Position numbers and translations under genes: made by a program. A DNA stretch of 64,000 nt from Strigamia acuminata (taxonomy: Eukaryota), in contig OX442314.1 in NCBI GenBank assembly GCA_949358305.1, positions 24,614,001 through 24,678,000 on the forward strand, given 5' to 3'. Every line of letters starts with the position of its first letter. Within the stretch, counting starts at the first letter, position 1. A model generated the notes under the pieces. It saw only the letters and a list, made by a program, of their open reading frames with translations. It was not told the DNA's origin and ran no database searches. Below, one piece after another: positions 49,845-62,791 of this stretch.

Positions 49845-51431
49845 TAACTGTATGTCAGATTTTTCTGAATCAGCTCACGATGAATTAATTTCTAAGAGAT
49901 ATTGTATGCTTCTAGCCAAGATGTGATTGGTCTTAACTTGGTTTAGACTTTTATAATCCATTAAGCATAGATGATCTTCACAACTACATAGATTAAGGGC
50001 AGACATTTTCTTCCAGATTACAAATTTAGTTTTAAAAAAGTTGATTGCATGCTGATTTATTGATGTAATGGTGTAACAAAATGTACTTGAGGCCTGGTGC
50101 AACCGGTTCTTAATGCTTGTTACGTTTGCAACTGAAGCATGGTTCCCTCATGAATTCACACGAAGTAGTAAAGTAAAGCACAGCACCTGCAGCATGTATT
50201 GTGGGATACTAATGCACCTGCCGCAAGTGTGAACCATATTTTTGATCCAAGTTTTCATACTATTATTCTACATCAAACTGTTCCAACAAGATGTGCGTGG
50301 AATTTGCAAAAGGAGAAATCACTTCAACTGTTCTTCCTTTTCCACAATTCACTTCTGAACGAACGCACTAATTTGTCAACCAAATACGCACCGGCAACTT
50401 TGAATAATTTCCAAAATGGCCATCAATCTTACTTGGAAAAAGAAACAACCACGCACGAGCAATGAATATAACAGTGAATTGGTCTTGAAGGCCGGCACAT
50501 TATAATTTCCTACTATGGTCTGCACCCAGTATCTTCATGCCAAATTCAAACATTAAATTCCATTTTTTTTACAGATCTGAGTAACCCTAGTCACCATAAC
50601 CAATAGCGGGCGTTCAGACTCTGGGTCCAAGATGCTTACAATAAATAGATCCAAATTCATCCTGGATCGACTATTCAAACCTACAGTTCGCGCCCGGCAC
50701 ACGATTTTCTAATTCCAGTTGTTATTTAGCAGTATTAAGCCTAATAATGCTAAAATAAAGTAAATAAACAACAATAAACTCATCATTAAAAGTAATTTAC
50801 AGCGAAGTACCAAAATATTGTTGTTTATTTACTTTATTTTAGCATTTTGTGCCATTAGCTGTTATTATTTCTAAAATTTATTTACTTGTTGAGTTTGTAT
50901 GTGCAGATAGGAATTCCCAGTTTGATCAAAATATTGAGCAGCATGCTATATACGAGTATAGCCTAACACAAAAAGCAAACTTAAATCCTTTTTCTTCTCC
51001 TAATTCCTCGTTTATGCCATCACAGTTAAGCCAGAAGTAGAGGATAGAGAGAGTTGAAGATGAAACAACTTTCAAAGCTGCACATCCGCTCCTGCCGGTA
51101 AAAGCGGAAGTTGGGGATATCAGTTCCACGAACGAAATTGGCAAGAAGTATCCATTCCACGCCATTTCGCCATTTCTCTTTTTTTTCTCTCTTTCTTTTC
51201 TTCAAATTTATTCTTAATTTACGAACCGGGTATATTAAAAATTGTTTATATTCTTCAGATCATTCTTAAACCGTCCACAGCAGTAACATGGAACAGTTGT
51301 TGTTGCTGCATCAACCCCTACTTCCTGTTTTGAGCTTTGTCCTGACCTTTTACATCATTGACACTACTTCTTCCTTCAAAAACGCCTTAATAACAGTTTG
51401 CGCTAGCTATCTTGATGCCAGATTCAAACTA

Positions 51432-51837
51432 TACTCTGGCTCACTATAAGTTGGGCCTATTTTCTATTGGCTAAGCATTTTCACTTGTGTGGTGATACCG
51501 AAAAATAGATCAAAACACTGGCTGACATTTTGACTGTTTTCCAGACAAAACAACCAATAAAAAAATTAGAAAATTGTTTGCTTTCCTGACAAAGCAAGCA
51601 ATAAACCGAATAAACATGAATATTGAAATAAAAACAGCAAAAATCTTTATTTTATGAATTGAAAAAAACATTTTCTTATAAAATACAAATAACAATACAT
51701 CATTTCAATTGTTCAAATAATAAAAAAAAATTAAAAACCAAACTGAACTACTTTTGCTGGTGGTAGCACACAGTCCAGTCAGGAGTAATGAGGCTCAGCC
51801 AATGAAAAATAGGCCCAACTTATAGTGAGCCAGAGTA
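51432..51837. mobile_element. TA-flanked MITE with a 32-bp perfect TIR, TACTCTGGCTCACTATAAGTTGGGCCTATTTT
   Basis: Perfect TIRs. TA at 51430-51431 and 51838-51839. Confidence 0.9.
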
Positions 51838-51847
51838 TACACATCAC

Positions 51848-52546
51848 TAAGCCTGCTATTTTTGCGGACTAAAAACATTGAAATTGCGGGCGGAAAGCGG
51901 ATCAAAAAACTGCCATTTTGCGGACGTATTGCGGACGTATTGCGGACGTATTGCGGACGTATTGCGAACGTATTGCGGGCTCATCCGGAAAGATTTTAAC
52001 CAAAATTTCAAGGTTTTAAACGAAATTTGAAGTGTTTAAAGAAAGTTTTAAGTTTTTAAAGGAAATTTGAAGTTTTTAAAGAAAATTTGAAGTATATAAC
52101 GAAACTTTAAAGTTTTAAAACAAAATTTGAAGTTTTAAAACAAAATTTAAAGTTTTTAAACGAAATTTGGAGTGTTTAAACAAAATTCTAAGTTTTTAAA
52201 CATAATTTGTAGTTTTTAAACAAAATTTGAAGTTTTTAAACATAATTTTAAGTTGTTAAACATAATTTTCAGTTTCTAAACGAAATTATTACGTGATACC
52301 GTATCACGCAATACTATCACACCTGAAATTTGTCAATAATGGTCCATTATTGGCCAATAATGGGCTATTATTGGTAAATTGCGGATTTTCCGCAAAATTG
52401 CGGTAACATGGTCAAATTGCGGAAATTGCGGAGAAAAAACTGCGTCAGAATTGAAAAATTTTAGTGCCAAAATGCTGCATTTGGCCTATCCGCAAGTTTA
52501 AAAACATTTTGGGGAAAATTTATTTTCCGCAAAAATAGCAGGCTTA
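51848..52546. mobile_element. hAT-type non-autonomous element (699 bp) with 8-bp TSD CACATCAC
   Basis: Perfect 21-bp TIR TAAGCCTGCTATTTTTGCGGA. TSD at 51840-51847 and 52547-52554. Subterminal TTGCGG motifs, about 5 copies of an 11-bp repeat (TTGCGGACGTA) and a 20-bp tandem array at about 52000-52285. Confidence 0.93.
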
Positions 52547-55435
52547 CACATCACACTGCGCATGCATTTAACATGGCAATTGTCAAGCTTGTTTCACGCA
52601 AAGGAAATTAAACAACAATATTTTAGTAACATGTTGTAAATTACTTTTGTTAATGAGTTCATTGTTGTTTATTTACTTTATTTTAGCATTATTAAGCTTA
52701 AGATTAGGCTTAACTGATGAATAACAGCTCGAATTAGAAAATCAACCATGCGCAGTATGAATTTGGCATCAAGATACCGAGCGCAAACTCTAGAAACATC
52801 CAAAAGGGCCATAATTTCTTATGGGTTTAATTCCCCTTAAAATCCACATCCCATTTCATAGTCATCAATAATTACAACTGAATTTTAGCCGGCAGAATCA
52901 AATTCTCGGCAAACGCCTGCAAAAAGGATAGAATTTTTCCTTTGGGTATAATTTAAATTTAAATCCCCATCCTTTGATAATCGTCAATAATTACAATTGC
53001 ACCTGTCTCTGCGAGAGTATTGAATGACAGAGAGCGCCTGCGGACAACCAGTAGGTTGAAAAGCTTAGTTTGTTTATTAAGGGAAACTGAATTATCGGAT
53101 TTTGCAAGCTTGCACATACGTGTTTCCTCCGCGTAATAAAATATTTACGCAAAACCAAGTTCAAATTTCAAATTTCAAACAGCTTCCCCAGTGTATCGAC
53201 TTTAATCGTAATGATCCCTTTTCTTCCTCATTCTCAACTATTAAAACAAACGCTCAATAGTTGATAAGAAAACCAAAGAGCAATTTGTACAAGGCAAAAA
53301 TGTAATCGCATTGCTTTTGTCTTTGCAGATTTACTACTCAGATGCCTGCAAAAATAATAATAATAAAACTCGCAGCATTTTAGCGGTTTGCAGGGCAAAA
53401 CGAATAGATAAATTTGCACACAACGAGCTGTCGGAGAAACGGATTATGTAGCACGAGATTATAATCTTGATTTATAAAGGTAGCTATTAAATTTATGGAT
53501 GAATTAAACAACTCCTACTAATAAAATGAAATTCAAAAATAAAAAAAATAAAAAAAACTTTTAAAGAAATGAATACAACAGGACGAAAATGAAAACGGAA
53601 CGTGGCGTTTCCCATTAATCATGACAAAAATTCTTAAAACACTTGCTAAGTAATGTGCCAAAACACTCTCACCTTGCAAGATACAAGTGAAAAGGGGTGT
53701 GCGGTGGGGTGATGGGGAGTAATTAAATTTCCTTAATCTTAAAACCACGTGGAGTCGCGAATTTCATTAGTTAAAATTAAGGAGCGTAAGAGTGAACGTG
53801 AGGGAAAAAAAGGAGAGCAAAAGAAAAGAAATTGCAAACGTGTTCAAAGATGACTGACACAACAAAGTTGCAATTTGTGGAAATTGTTGCGATTCTTAAT
53901 TATGCGTCACACGATTCAGTGACAATGCATACTTGAGTTGAACGCCAAGTTGCAAGTTAAAATTGCTTTTGACTGTCAAACATAGGTCAGGATTACAATT
54001 TAATTTTCAAATGCCTGCAACGTTTCATAATTGCACCAAATAACTTGATCCCTTAATGTAATAAGCAAACATCAACTTCTTGTTTTCCCCAATTACCTTA
54101 CGATTTTTTCCCCCTACAAAGTCGAAAGAAATTATCAATTTCTCGGTGGAATTTCCAAACTAATGCAACAATGCTTTCTTTTCAAAGTTTAGATGAATTT
54201 TCTGTTGTGCTGTAAGCCTATTTACGCCTCATAAGTTAAGTAACATCCGCCAGAGTGAGTAAGGAACAGGAATGTAATTAACACTGCATTATTTTAATGT
54301 ACAACTACAAATAATATTCTAAAATATTTTTTGAACCATATAAGCAGGGGGCATTCTTACATACTGCAGGTGCTATGCTACAGAAATTTTTGTGCTTTGT
54401 GAATACCTATCCCCTACACCAGCTACCACCAAAATCTCGAGTTAGTTTAAACCTAATTGTCGCTCTTCTGGCTGTCGCGCCAGTTACAGCATCCCCTTTG
54501 ATAAGACAATCAAAAAAAAATCTCTAATCGTCATCAGACCCCCCATTGCTCGTTTGCATTGCTGGAGTAAATCACAGGAAATCCACATCATATGAAGTGC
54601 CAGTGCAGATTTCGACAAGGAAGGAGTCAATTGGAAAATTCCATTTGCTTCACTTGAATGTAAATTAGCTGTAAGACAGTGAGGTGAACATACTCAAGAC
54701 AGAGCAGAGTAAAAATCAAGTCGGCAAATTACAAGAAACCCTGTGAGCCCCGGAAGGGTTTGATGAAAGAAAACCATACGCCAGGTTCGAATAATCAACC
54801 CAAAATAAATTTGAATATTTATTCTAAGTTAAATACACAAAAGAAAATATGTCTCGAGCGACATCTATGAGTAAGGACTAACCTGGCGGCCAAGATCACA
54901 GACCCAAATCCCATCAACTTATCCCAAAACGGAAATATTTCATCATGATCCCTACACCATTTGACTGTAATTCTATCTCATAAGTGTCTGGCTTATGCGT
55001 TTAGAATGCAGTCACGTGTCCTGGACACAGGATAAGGTGAAAGCATCTGCGGATGCAAAGAGAGAAACTAATTGACCTCGTAGCCCATTGTTCACCCGCA
55101 CTGAAGACCGCAGGCTAGTTATGGAAAGGTGTTGACCGCGATCGGCGTATAAGCACATCAAGAATAAAGACTCAACACGCTGTCTCAGACACCATATAAA
55201 GGATATAAACCTCAGACAAACGTGTTTCATTATTCTTTGTAATTTGGGCATCGATCGCCCTCACTGGCCAACCCCGAAACACACAATGTGTTCGTGTATC
55301 ATTTTTAAAGCAATTTCTCGATCAGACTGAAGTAGTTGAAAGATCAACTATTAATTAAACAATACTTGGAAGAACAGCAAACGGCGCCCAGAATTCAGAT
55401 TACAAATTCAAAATATGTGTTAGAATTTCTGTATA

Positions 55436-56066
55436 CGGGGTGGCCCAAATAAATGTATACACTGTTCAATTAAATATACATTCATCATTAGTTGTGGGCA
55501 GTTTTAACGTTTCTGGTGCAGTTTTTTCCGTTCTTTGGTTTGGTGTTTAGTTTTTGACGACTCGAGCTTTTGTTCTCAAGATATTTACGATTTTAATCAA
55601 TTTTGCCCCAATTCGCCAAATTTGCACTAGTCATTCCTGAATTTCAGATTTTGTGGTACTTTTTTAATCTCTTCAGCGGTACTTTAGTGGATTTCTTCAG
55701 ATGTACCAGTAAGAGATCGCGCAAGAATTTGGAAGATTTTTCTAAATTTTATGAGATTTTGTGAGATTTTGCTACATTTTGTGAACTTTTGCTACATTTT
55801 GTGAGATTTCTGAACGTATCTGCAACGAAATATACCAAAAAAGTGTGACATGAAACGTTTTCCATATGCGTTTTGGTAATTTTCTGCCGAAACGTATGCA
55901 AAACGTTTCATTTGTCATCGTTTTTTTTTCACATTTCAGGCCTCCAATTGTGCACCCGCGCGCAATCGGCAAAAAAAATTTGCCCCGCATGCAATTCGAG
56001 GCCCGCGGACAATTGGAAGATATACGGTTTTCAATTGAACAATGTATACATTTTTTGAGACACCCG
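55436..56066. mobile_element. Tc1/mariner-type MITE containing part of the 14489-14853 family
   Basis: TA|CGGGGTGGCCCAAATAAATGTATACACTGTTCAATT is inverted with AATTGAACAATGTATACATTTTTTGAGACACCCG|TA. Internal 55810-56027 matches 14605-14853. Confidence 0.8.
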
Positions 56067-58377
56067 TAGTAACCCTCCTTGCATTGTCAGGCCAGTTTTA
56101 TTCGGGCCGCAATCATACTTCTTATGTAAATAGTTGGTGTTTGTCTAGCATATTAACTCTCACTTCAAAGTGCAAAACGTCTACTAGTAGAGCGAAAATT
56201 CGACTTTCGTGTTACTTTACCTTGGAGACTGCTAATGGATTTTGTTAAAATAAAAGTTTGCGCTTTTCCCAAACTAAACATATTTGATCAAATTCGGCCG
56301 ATTTCATTTTCGAAATTACTTTCTTCCATTCAATTAGAGTAGTAAAACAATTACATTACAAGCTGTAGTTCTTAACCTTTTCCTATCTGGCATCCCTTGG
56401 ATTCTAAAACAGAATACGTTCAGTAACTATTTACCATAACCGGTACCAAAAACACTAAAAACCAAAACCAGGCAGAAACCACTTCAAAAATCCCTCCAAT
56501 ATACCTTTTATGCCGTTTTTGATGTCCATTCAGTTTATATTAACAATAAAACGCAGACAAACAGCAAGTTTGAATGCATCTAAAGAAAATTTCCCATTTG
56601 CCACTCTAAAAACACGTTAGTTTAGTATCCTAAAGAAAAAAAAAGATGACACTGGATATACTGCACTCTAATGTAATAAAAAAAATCTACCACGTTTCCG
56701 TTTTTCTTTTTGCGTTTGGTTTTAGTCTGGAGTTTCTAAACTGGGGCGAGTAAATACACACAAGCGTGTAAAATAATCTTCTTTAAGCCACAGGCAGAGT
56801 TCAAAAAGTATTTTCCCATAAACATTTGGTGTAAACTTATCCGGTAAACATCTGTGCCAATGTCTTGATTCTAAGTGCTATGGTGTCAAATCAGATGCAA
56901 TAATCGTTGTAAAAATGCTTTTAAGCCAGCCGCAACAAAAGCACCAACATATTGCCCGAAATTTTAATCATGCAATAATGACATCATCTACTTAAACAAA
57001 CCGCAGTACATAACATTGACTTATACACTTGTAATATCACGTGTAAGTTCACGTCTCTATCTCACTTTCAAAATGTTTAAACATGAATTTGCACAGAAAT
57101 TGTGTCAAATTTATGTTTTAAACATGTGCAAACACATTTACACATCTTTATCTGCCTTTTCCAACCCATTTTCAAGTGCATTTACTCACTTGATGAATTT
57201 ACTCCAAAATACTCGATGATTTTTAACATCTGCAATTAATAGTTCCTTCCCATTACTGTATATTGCTTTGAAAGTTATTTAGGATTTCAAGCTGCTTGAC
57301 CTCAATTTTTGCCATTAGCATGTGTTTCTAAATAAAATAATGCAGCCAGCTGGTGTGGTCAGACACGTGGTAGAGCCACCTGCTGTGTAATCACACAATT
57401 GGCTAGCCATGCGTGACGTCACGCGAGTTTTTGCAGCGAGTGATATCCTGAAATTCGAAAACCTAACCTCGTGATTAGTTGGAGCCAGCAGACAAACTCT
57501 GCCCTGCAATCCAGATCCTTCAAAAAATACAATACACAAAGAATGGGAACACAATCAACCATATATCATATCAAAACGTCTTTGTATTATACATATCAAA
57601 AAGAAATAAAATTGTGGGTTAGTAACTCTTCCAACTATTATATTTAATGCAAACTTCTCAAGCAAATGTCAATAATTGTTGCTTTCCTTTTCAAACATTC
57701 AATTGAAATGCAACTGCTTTTCAGTCGACTTATTAAAATTTAACAAAAGAAACTCAAATCTATTGATTTTCCACTTTTTCGAAACATCTTATATCCACTT
57801 TGATAATAAAAAAAAAAAATGTAAATTTCATTTTTTTTTAAATAATACATATACTGCAGGCTTGAATATACAAAGCAGTCTGCAGCTTTTAGCATATATT
57901 AAACATCGCTGTAGTTCATTTTCGTTACACCAAATCCTGTGCATTACTTTCAGCAACAAATTGCTGTTTCTTGTTCGAACTTGCAAAAACACAGCCACAA
58001 GTAAATACGATTTTTTTTCCTTCCCTTTTTCTATTCAAGCGAGCACAAAGAAGACCATTGGGATGTTGTTGTTTCCACCATCTTTTTTTCTTCTTTTTTG
58101 ACTCTCTTATAGTAATTGCTGTGCTAGCGCCTTGCACAATGATTGATGAATGCAATTTTGTTGCTATCAGTTGCAAATCCCTTTCAGTGTTAAAACCAAA
58201 AATGGGTTTTCAGCACAATAAAAAAAACTTAACCAAACTGCAACATGAAACAAGTCCAATTAGTAAAATATGTTGCTGCTGTTGTGTTCAACTTCTTTCA
58301 AGAAAAAAGAGCATACGTTTGATTAACAACGCCGCTTTCAGTTGGCGCATTCAATGAGAATTAACACTAGGTGCACC

Positions 58378-58522
58378 AGTGTTAAAAGGTAGTGCTAATT
58401 CTCGTGTTATTTATTCTTATTACGAAGTATTATTTTTAGTGAAAAATGAAGAATAAATAGTGTGCAACTAATTTATGGCGATTCTTAATTATTCAATTAA
58501 TTAGCACTGCCTTTTTTACACT
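58378..58522. mobile_element. Small foldback element
   Basis: AGTGTTAAAAGGTAGTGCTAATT is inverted with AATTAGCACTGCCTTTTTTACACT. Confidence 0.5.
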
Positions 58523-58553
58523 AATTAACGTTCATAAATATAACTCATGCAAA

Positions 58554-59267
58554 CCATATTTCCTTTAATTGTGCACCCGCACACTATCAGCAAAATATTT
58601 TTTCCCGTGATTTATTAGAGGCCCGCAGTCTAATGGAGACCCGCGCATTAACTGGAAGGTACATGGGAAAACTATTAAAATTCATCAAGTAAAACGTCAC
58701 TTTTTTATCAAATTCAAATTTACATAAAAAATTCAAATTTCACTAAATTTTCCATAAAAAAAATTCAGATTTCACTAAACTTTCCATAAAAAAATTCAAC
58801 TTTCACTAAACTTTCCATAAAAAAATTCCAATTTAACTAAATTTTCCATAAAAAAATTCAAATTTTACTAAATTTTCCATAAAAAAATTAAAATTTCACT
58901 AAACTTTCCATAAAAAAATTAAAATTTTACTAAATTTTCCATAAAAAAACTCAATTTCACTAAATTTTCCATAAAAAAATTCAAATTTTACTAAATTTTC
59001 CATAAAAAAATTAAAATTTCACTAAACTTTCCATAAAAAAATTAAAATTTTACTAAATTTTCCATAAAAAAACTCAATTTCACTAAATTTTCCATAAAAA
59101 ATTTCAAATTTTATCAAATTTTCCATTTAAAAAATTAAAATTTTACTCTATTGTAACGCCCCATGTTGTAATAAAGACCCGCGCACTAATTACACATTTT
59201 AAATTTTTAATTATTAGAACCCATTGTGTCTAATAAGGGGCCCGCGCACAATAAGAAAAAAATACGG
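58554..59267. mobile_element. MITE (CCRTATTT..TTGTGC ends) with an internal ~31-bp tandem array
   Basis: Degenerate TIRs. CCCGCGCA motifs shared with the 14.5-kb family. Right end AATACGG|TA. Confidence 0.65.
58710..59145. repeat. ~31-bp AT-rich minisatellite (AAAAAAATTCAAATTTCACTAAATTTTCCAT)n, about 13 copies
   Basis: Read directly from the sequence. Confidence 0.95.
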
Positions 59268-60036
59268 TAAAAATACAAACACGAGATTCTCACGTTCAAA
59301 AATTGATGAAACTCACGGCACGACTTTAAAACGACCTCCAGATGTCGTGTCAGTTTTGCCGTGCCACGCGGGTCAAAATAAGATTTCACACAAGATTCTC
59401 GTGTTAAATCTCCTAACACGGATCAGTAAGATGGCCATCCTACGCTTAATTGAATGTGCCTAGTAAAATTGAATAAAACTCCAAAATAAACTAGACTAGA
59501 CATTAAAGTTGCTCTTTACCCAGCTCATTCCATTACCATTTTTTGACTTATAATTCCCTCTCCCCGGATCCGGTAATACAAGCATAGACTATAGGACACA
59601 AGAGGGTTCCTTGAGTAATTACAAGCACACATGAATCGCAAGCCGTAGAAGCAATATTAATGAAAAATGTGCAACCTTCTCGACAGGGTGGCCATTAAAC
59701 CCTTAAAGATCACAAGTTGTTATTGGTGTCGAGTCAACTTTAAGTCTTAATTTCCACACGAAGAAGCAAAGATGAGGTCATGATGCGGCTTGCTTTTAGT
59801 TTCCAGAATAGGTCCCTGGTTATGGTCTCTGGTGACGATAAGAAACTGATGCTACACTCACTTGGTCCGCCTCCATCTACTAGACGAGGCGAACGAGTGC
59901 TGATATTGTATCGATATATTGTCATGATGAATCATGAGAATTTTATAGCCATCGATTTTGGCTTACTTTAGCTTCTATTATTAAAGATCCCTTCTTTTCA
60001 GGTAGAAAGTATAGTTCACATTTCTGCTTTTAATTA

Positions 60037-60365
60037 CAGTAGAACCTCGATTATCCGAACTAATTGGGATACATGGGTGTTCATAAAACCGAATTGTTCG
60101 GATAATCTAACAGTAGGTTTATACACATACTGTACTGCATATGAAACTAAAAAGTCATTAAAATATTGTTAAAAAGCATTAAAACCAATCAAAAATGGAT
60201 GAAAATTGTCAAAAAACATTAAAAACCAATCAAAAATGGATGAAAATTGTCCAAAAACATTAAAAACCGATAAAAATCGTTAAAAATCAATAAAAAAATC
60301 GCCTAATGCTGTTCGAATAATCGAACGTTCGTATAACCCATGTTCCGATAATTTAGGTTCTACTG
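60037..60365. mobile_element. pogo/Tigger-like MITE (329 bp, TA TSD)
   Basis: TA|CAGTAGAACCTCGATTATC ... GATAATTTAGGTTCTACTG|TA. Internal repeats are shared with 6000-6296. Confidence 0.88.
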
Positions 60366-60407
60366 TAATTTAAATAAAACAAAGTATGTATCAAAATATC
60401 ATTTGTG

Positions 60408-60582
60408 CAGTGCTGCACTGGCCGGACGAGATACTGTGAATTTCCCGGTGGCTCGTGTCCTTGTGAAAGTTTTTTTCCTTTTGTTGTGGCCGGACCTATC
60501 CGGATTTCCTGGTATAAATTTGTTCCCGTGGCCCAACAAATCCAGATTTCCCGGTACTAAATTTGTTTCCAGTCCAGGCCTG
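60408..60582. mobile_element. Old hAT-type MITE (175 bp)
   Basis: TIR CAGTGCTGCACTGG versus CAGGCCTGGACTGG (11/14). 8-bp flanks CATTTGTG and CATTTGCA. Three internal ATTTCCYGGT motifs. Confidence 0.65.
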
Positions 60583-62557
60583 CATTTGCATCTGCAAAAA
60601 CTTGTGATGGAATAACTGGCTCGGTTTGGTTGAACATGAACAATAAAAACTTTAATCGTCCATCATATTCACACAGCTCATTCATGCCGCCATTGCACAA
60701 CAACACAGGACGTCGCGAAGCAACACAAAGCGACGTAACAACCAATTACAACTTATATAACATTAATAAAGCTCTTTGCGTTTTCTTTTTAACGCACATA
60801 ACCCACAAAACTCCCTATAAGTACAAACTATGAACCAGAATTATTTTACCAATCATGCACTAAACACACACTTCTTTTGGTTTGTTGTTGCAGTCTGATG
60901 ACCAATTAACCAATAGAAGTTTGTTACTCCACCCTTTGTTTATAAACAGAAACAGAAATTTACAATCTAAGAATTTACCAAATAATCGACTAAACCAGCA
61001 ATAAATTCATGTTGCAGAATGGACACTTTGCCAGACTTAACCTCAAATTGCACGTAATTAGTTCATCTTAGAAATTGGAGTTACATCTTAAAAGGATGGT
61101 TAAAGAGGCGAATTACTTGTTTGTGGTTTGGTTTGGCTGCCCTAGTGGCATGGTGGTAATACACCTGTCAGGCTCACTGGATACCTACCCATCAACAATT
61201 TATGAGTGTCAATTCTAAGCTGTGTTGCTAAACAACAATTTATAACAAATTTATAACTTAATTTAATCAACTCTGTCCTATGGCAAACTATTAGTGTTAT
61301 GTGTTATGTTTAGCGGCTTAATTATCACTAGATGGCAAACATTTTAAGGGTGGGTTCAAGGAAATAACAATACAAATATAATTTATTTACAAAATTATAT
61401 CTTACAAACATACCCCTAACTTTAATTCATGACTACATTAAAGCAGTTTCGACTGTAAGACACAACAGTTAACCTTCTACAATACTCCCACATATTAAAT
61501 TATTAACTCCAACTTGTAACTGAATACACAACACAACCAAACCATGCTCTTGATAGGATTTGGACTTGTAATCTTATTCACTAATGAAACAGCATTAAGC
61601 TGCTCTACGTATAATCAAATGTTAAGCAGTTAAAGGTAAATGGATAGGTCACGTCATTTGTTTCACCGTGGCAATATTTCTGCTCAATTTAACACTATTT
61701 TGTTACGTCATTTTCGAAAAACATCATCAATTCAACACACCACGTGACAGCTTGATGATAAAATATAATCAAAAGTGGCCGTCCCTTAATGAACCAGGGC
61801 AAATTTTTAATCGTTCCCAAATTAAGTCGTTTGTGATCGATGTTGCACTCGTGTACAATAAGTTATCACTGACGATGTGTGTGATGGGTTCAAATCGCTT
61901 CGACCTTTTCCAAAACACTCGAGTCAAGGGAGACGTCAACAGAAAATAAAATTTAAGAGTTAAAAAAAAAAATTAATTCAAAAACAAAGGAAGAACAGAA
62001 TTAATTAATTACTTCATTCTGTTTCCACATGTAACGATTTTCTCCATTGTCACCCGCGGGTACTTCCACCCTTTGACACTCAGCCCATACGTTAAATCCA
62101 TGCACGACCGCATCGTGACACACCGTCGTTTGCTCACTTCATTTAACAATATGACACGCCCCGAATGAAAACACTCAAAGGGTTAAACTTGTGCTTTGAT
62201 ACTAAATGGCTGGTCTTGATCCCATTTATTGTTAATTCCAAAAGCCTAATATACAAAGCTGCTCTCTCTACTAAACAAACTTCCCGGAGTTGCATTCCAA
62301 AGTTATTCTAATTTCAACCAGTCTAAATGCATATTTTCTACTGCTATTTAAATAAAAACTTTTTTTTCAAACGCTGTTTAACTGCAATAAATCTTAAAAC
62401 GATAAAATGCGTGTTTAGAATTGCAGTTATACATGTTTACTTGTTTAAATGTGGTTTAGTCTTAACGACTTATCGAACGCAGCTTGTAATTTATAGCTTT
62501 TCATTTGATGTACCGCTGTTGTTTTGCTTCAGACAATCAGAGCGTTAAGTGAAATTT

Positions 62558-62791
62558 GGGATCTACCCCGGAATGTCTAATGACAAAATGTCTAATAATT
62601 TTTTTTAAGAACCTAACATAACCTAGCCTAACCTATCCTAACCTAGACAATAGGGAATTTTGCCCATTAGACATTTTGGATTAGACATTTTGGATTATAC
62701 ATTTTGTCTATTAGGCATTTCTGTTAAGACATTTCGGCTTAGACATTTAAGGATTAGACATTTGGCATTATACATTTTGGGGGGCCACCCG
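62558..62791. mobile_element. Short non-autonomous element with a (CCTAA)n tract and TTAGACATTT repeats; possibly Helentron/HINE-like
   Basis: AATGTCTAA motifs on the left are inverted relative to about 8 TTAGACATTT(T)G units on the right. Central ACCTAACATAACCTAGCCTAACCTATCCTAACCT. The family assignment is an inference. Confidence 0.5.

Larger units (their letters stand above)
51394..52790. mobile_element. Old MITE (TIR ..AGTTTGCGCT..TATCTTGATGCCA.ATTCA) hosting two younger insertions; fragments also at ~341-445 and ~50515-50850
   Basis: Inverted match between 51394-51427 and 52758-52790. The motif TTTATTTACTTTATTTTAGCATT recurs near 350, 50825 and 52668. Confidence 0.7.

Noticed and set aside
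57676..58357. 141-aa and 128-aa ORFs
   Set aside because: They have non-ATG starts, F/K/N/L-rich composition typical of random AT-rich DNA, and no motifs.
22420..59145. Tandem arrays as possible CRISPR arrays
   Set aside because: The units are head-to-tail with no unique spacers, there are no cas genes, and the context is eukaryotic.
61137..61230. tRNA/SINE-like A box (TGGCATGGTGG)
   Set aside because: No cloverleaf, a poor B box and no second copy in the window.
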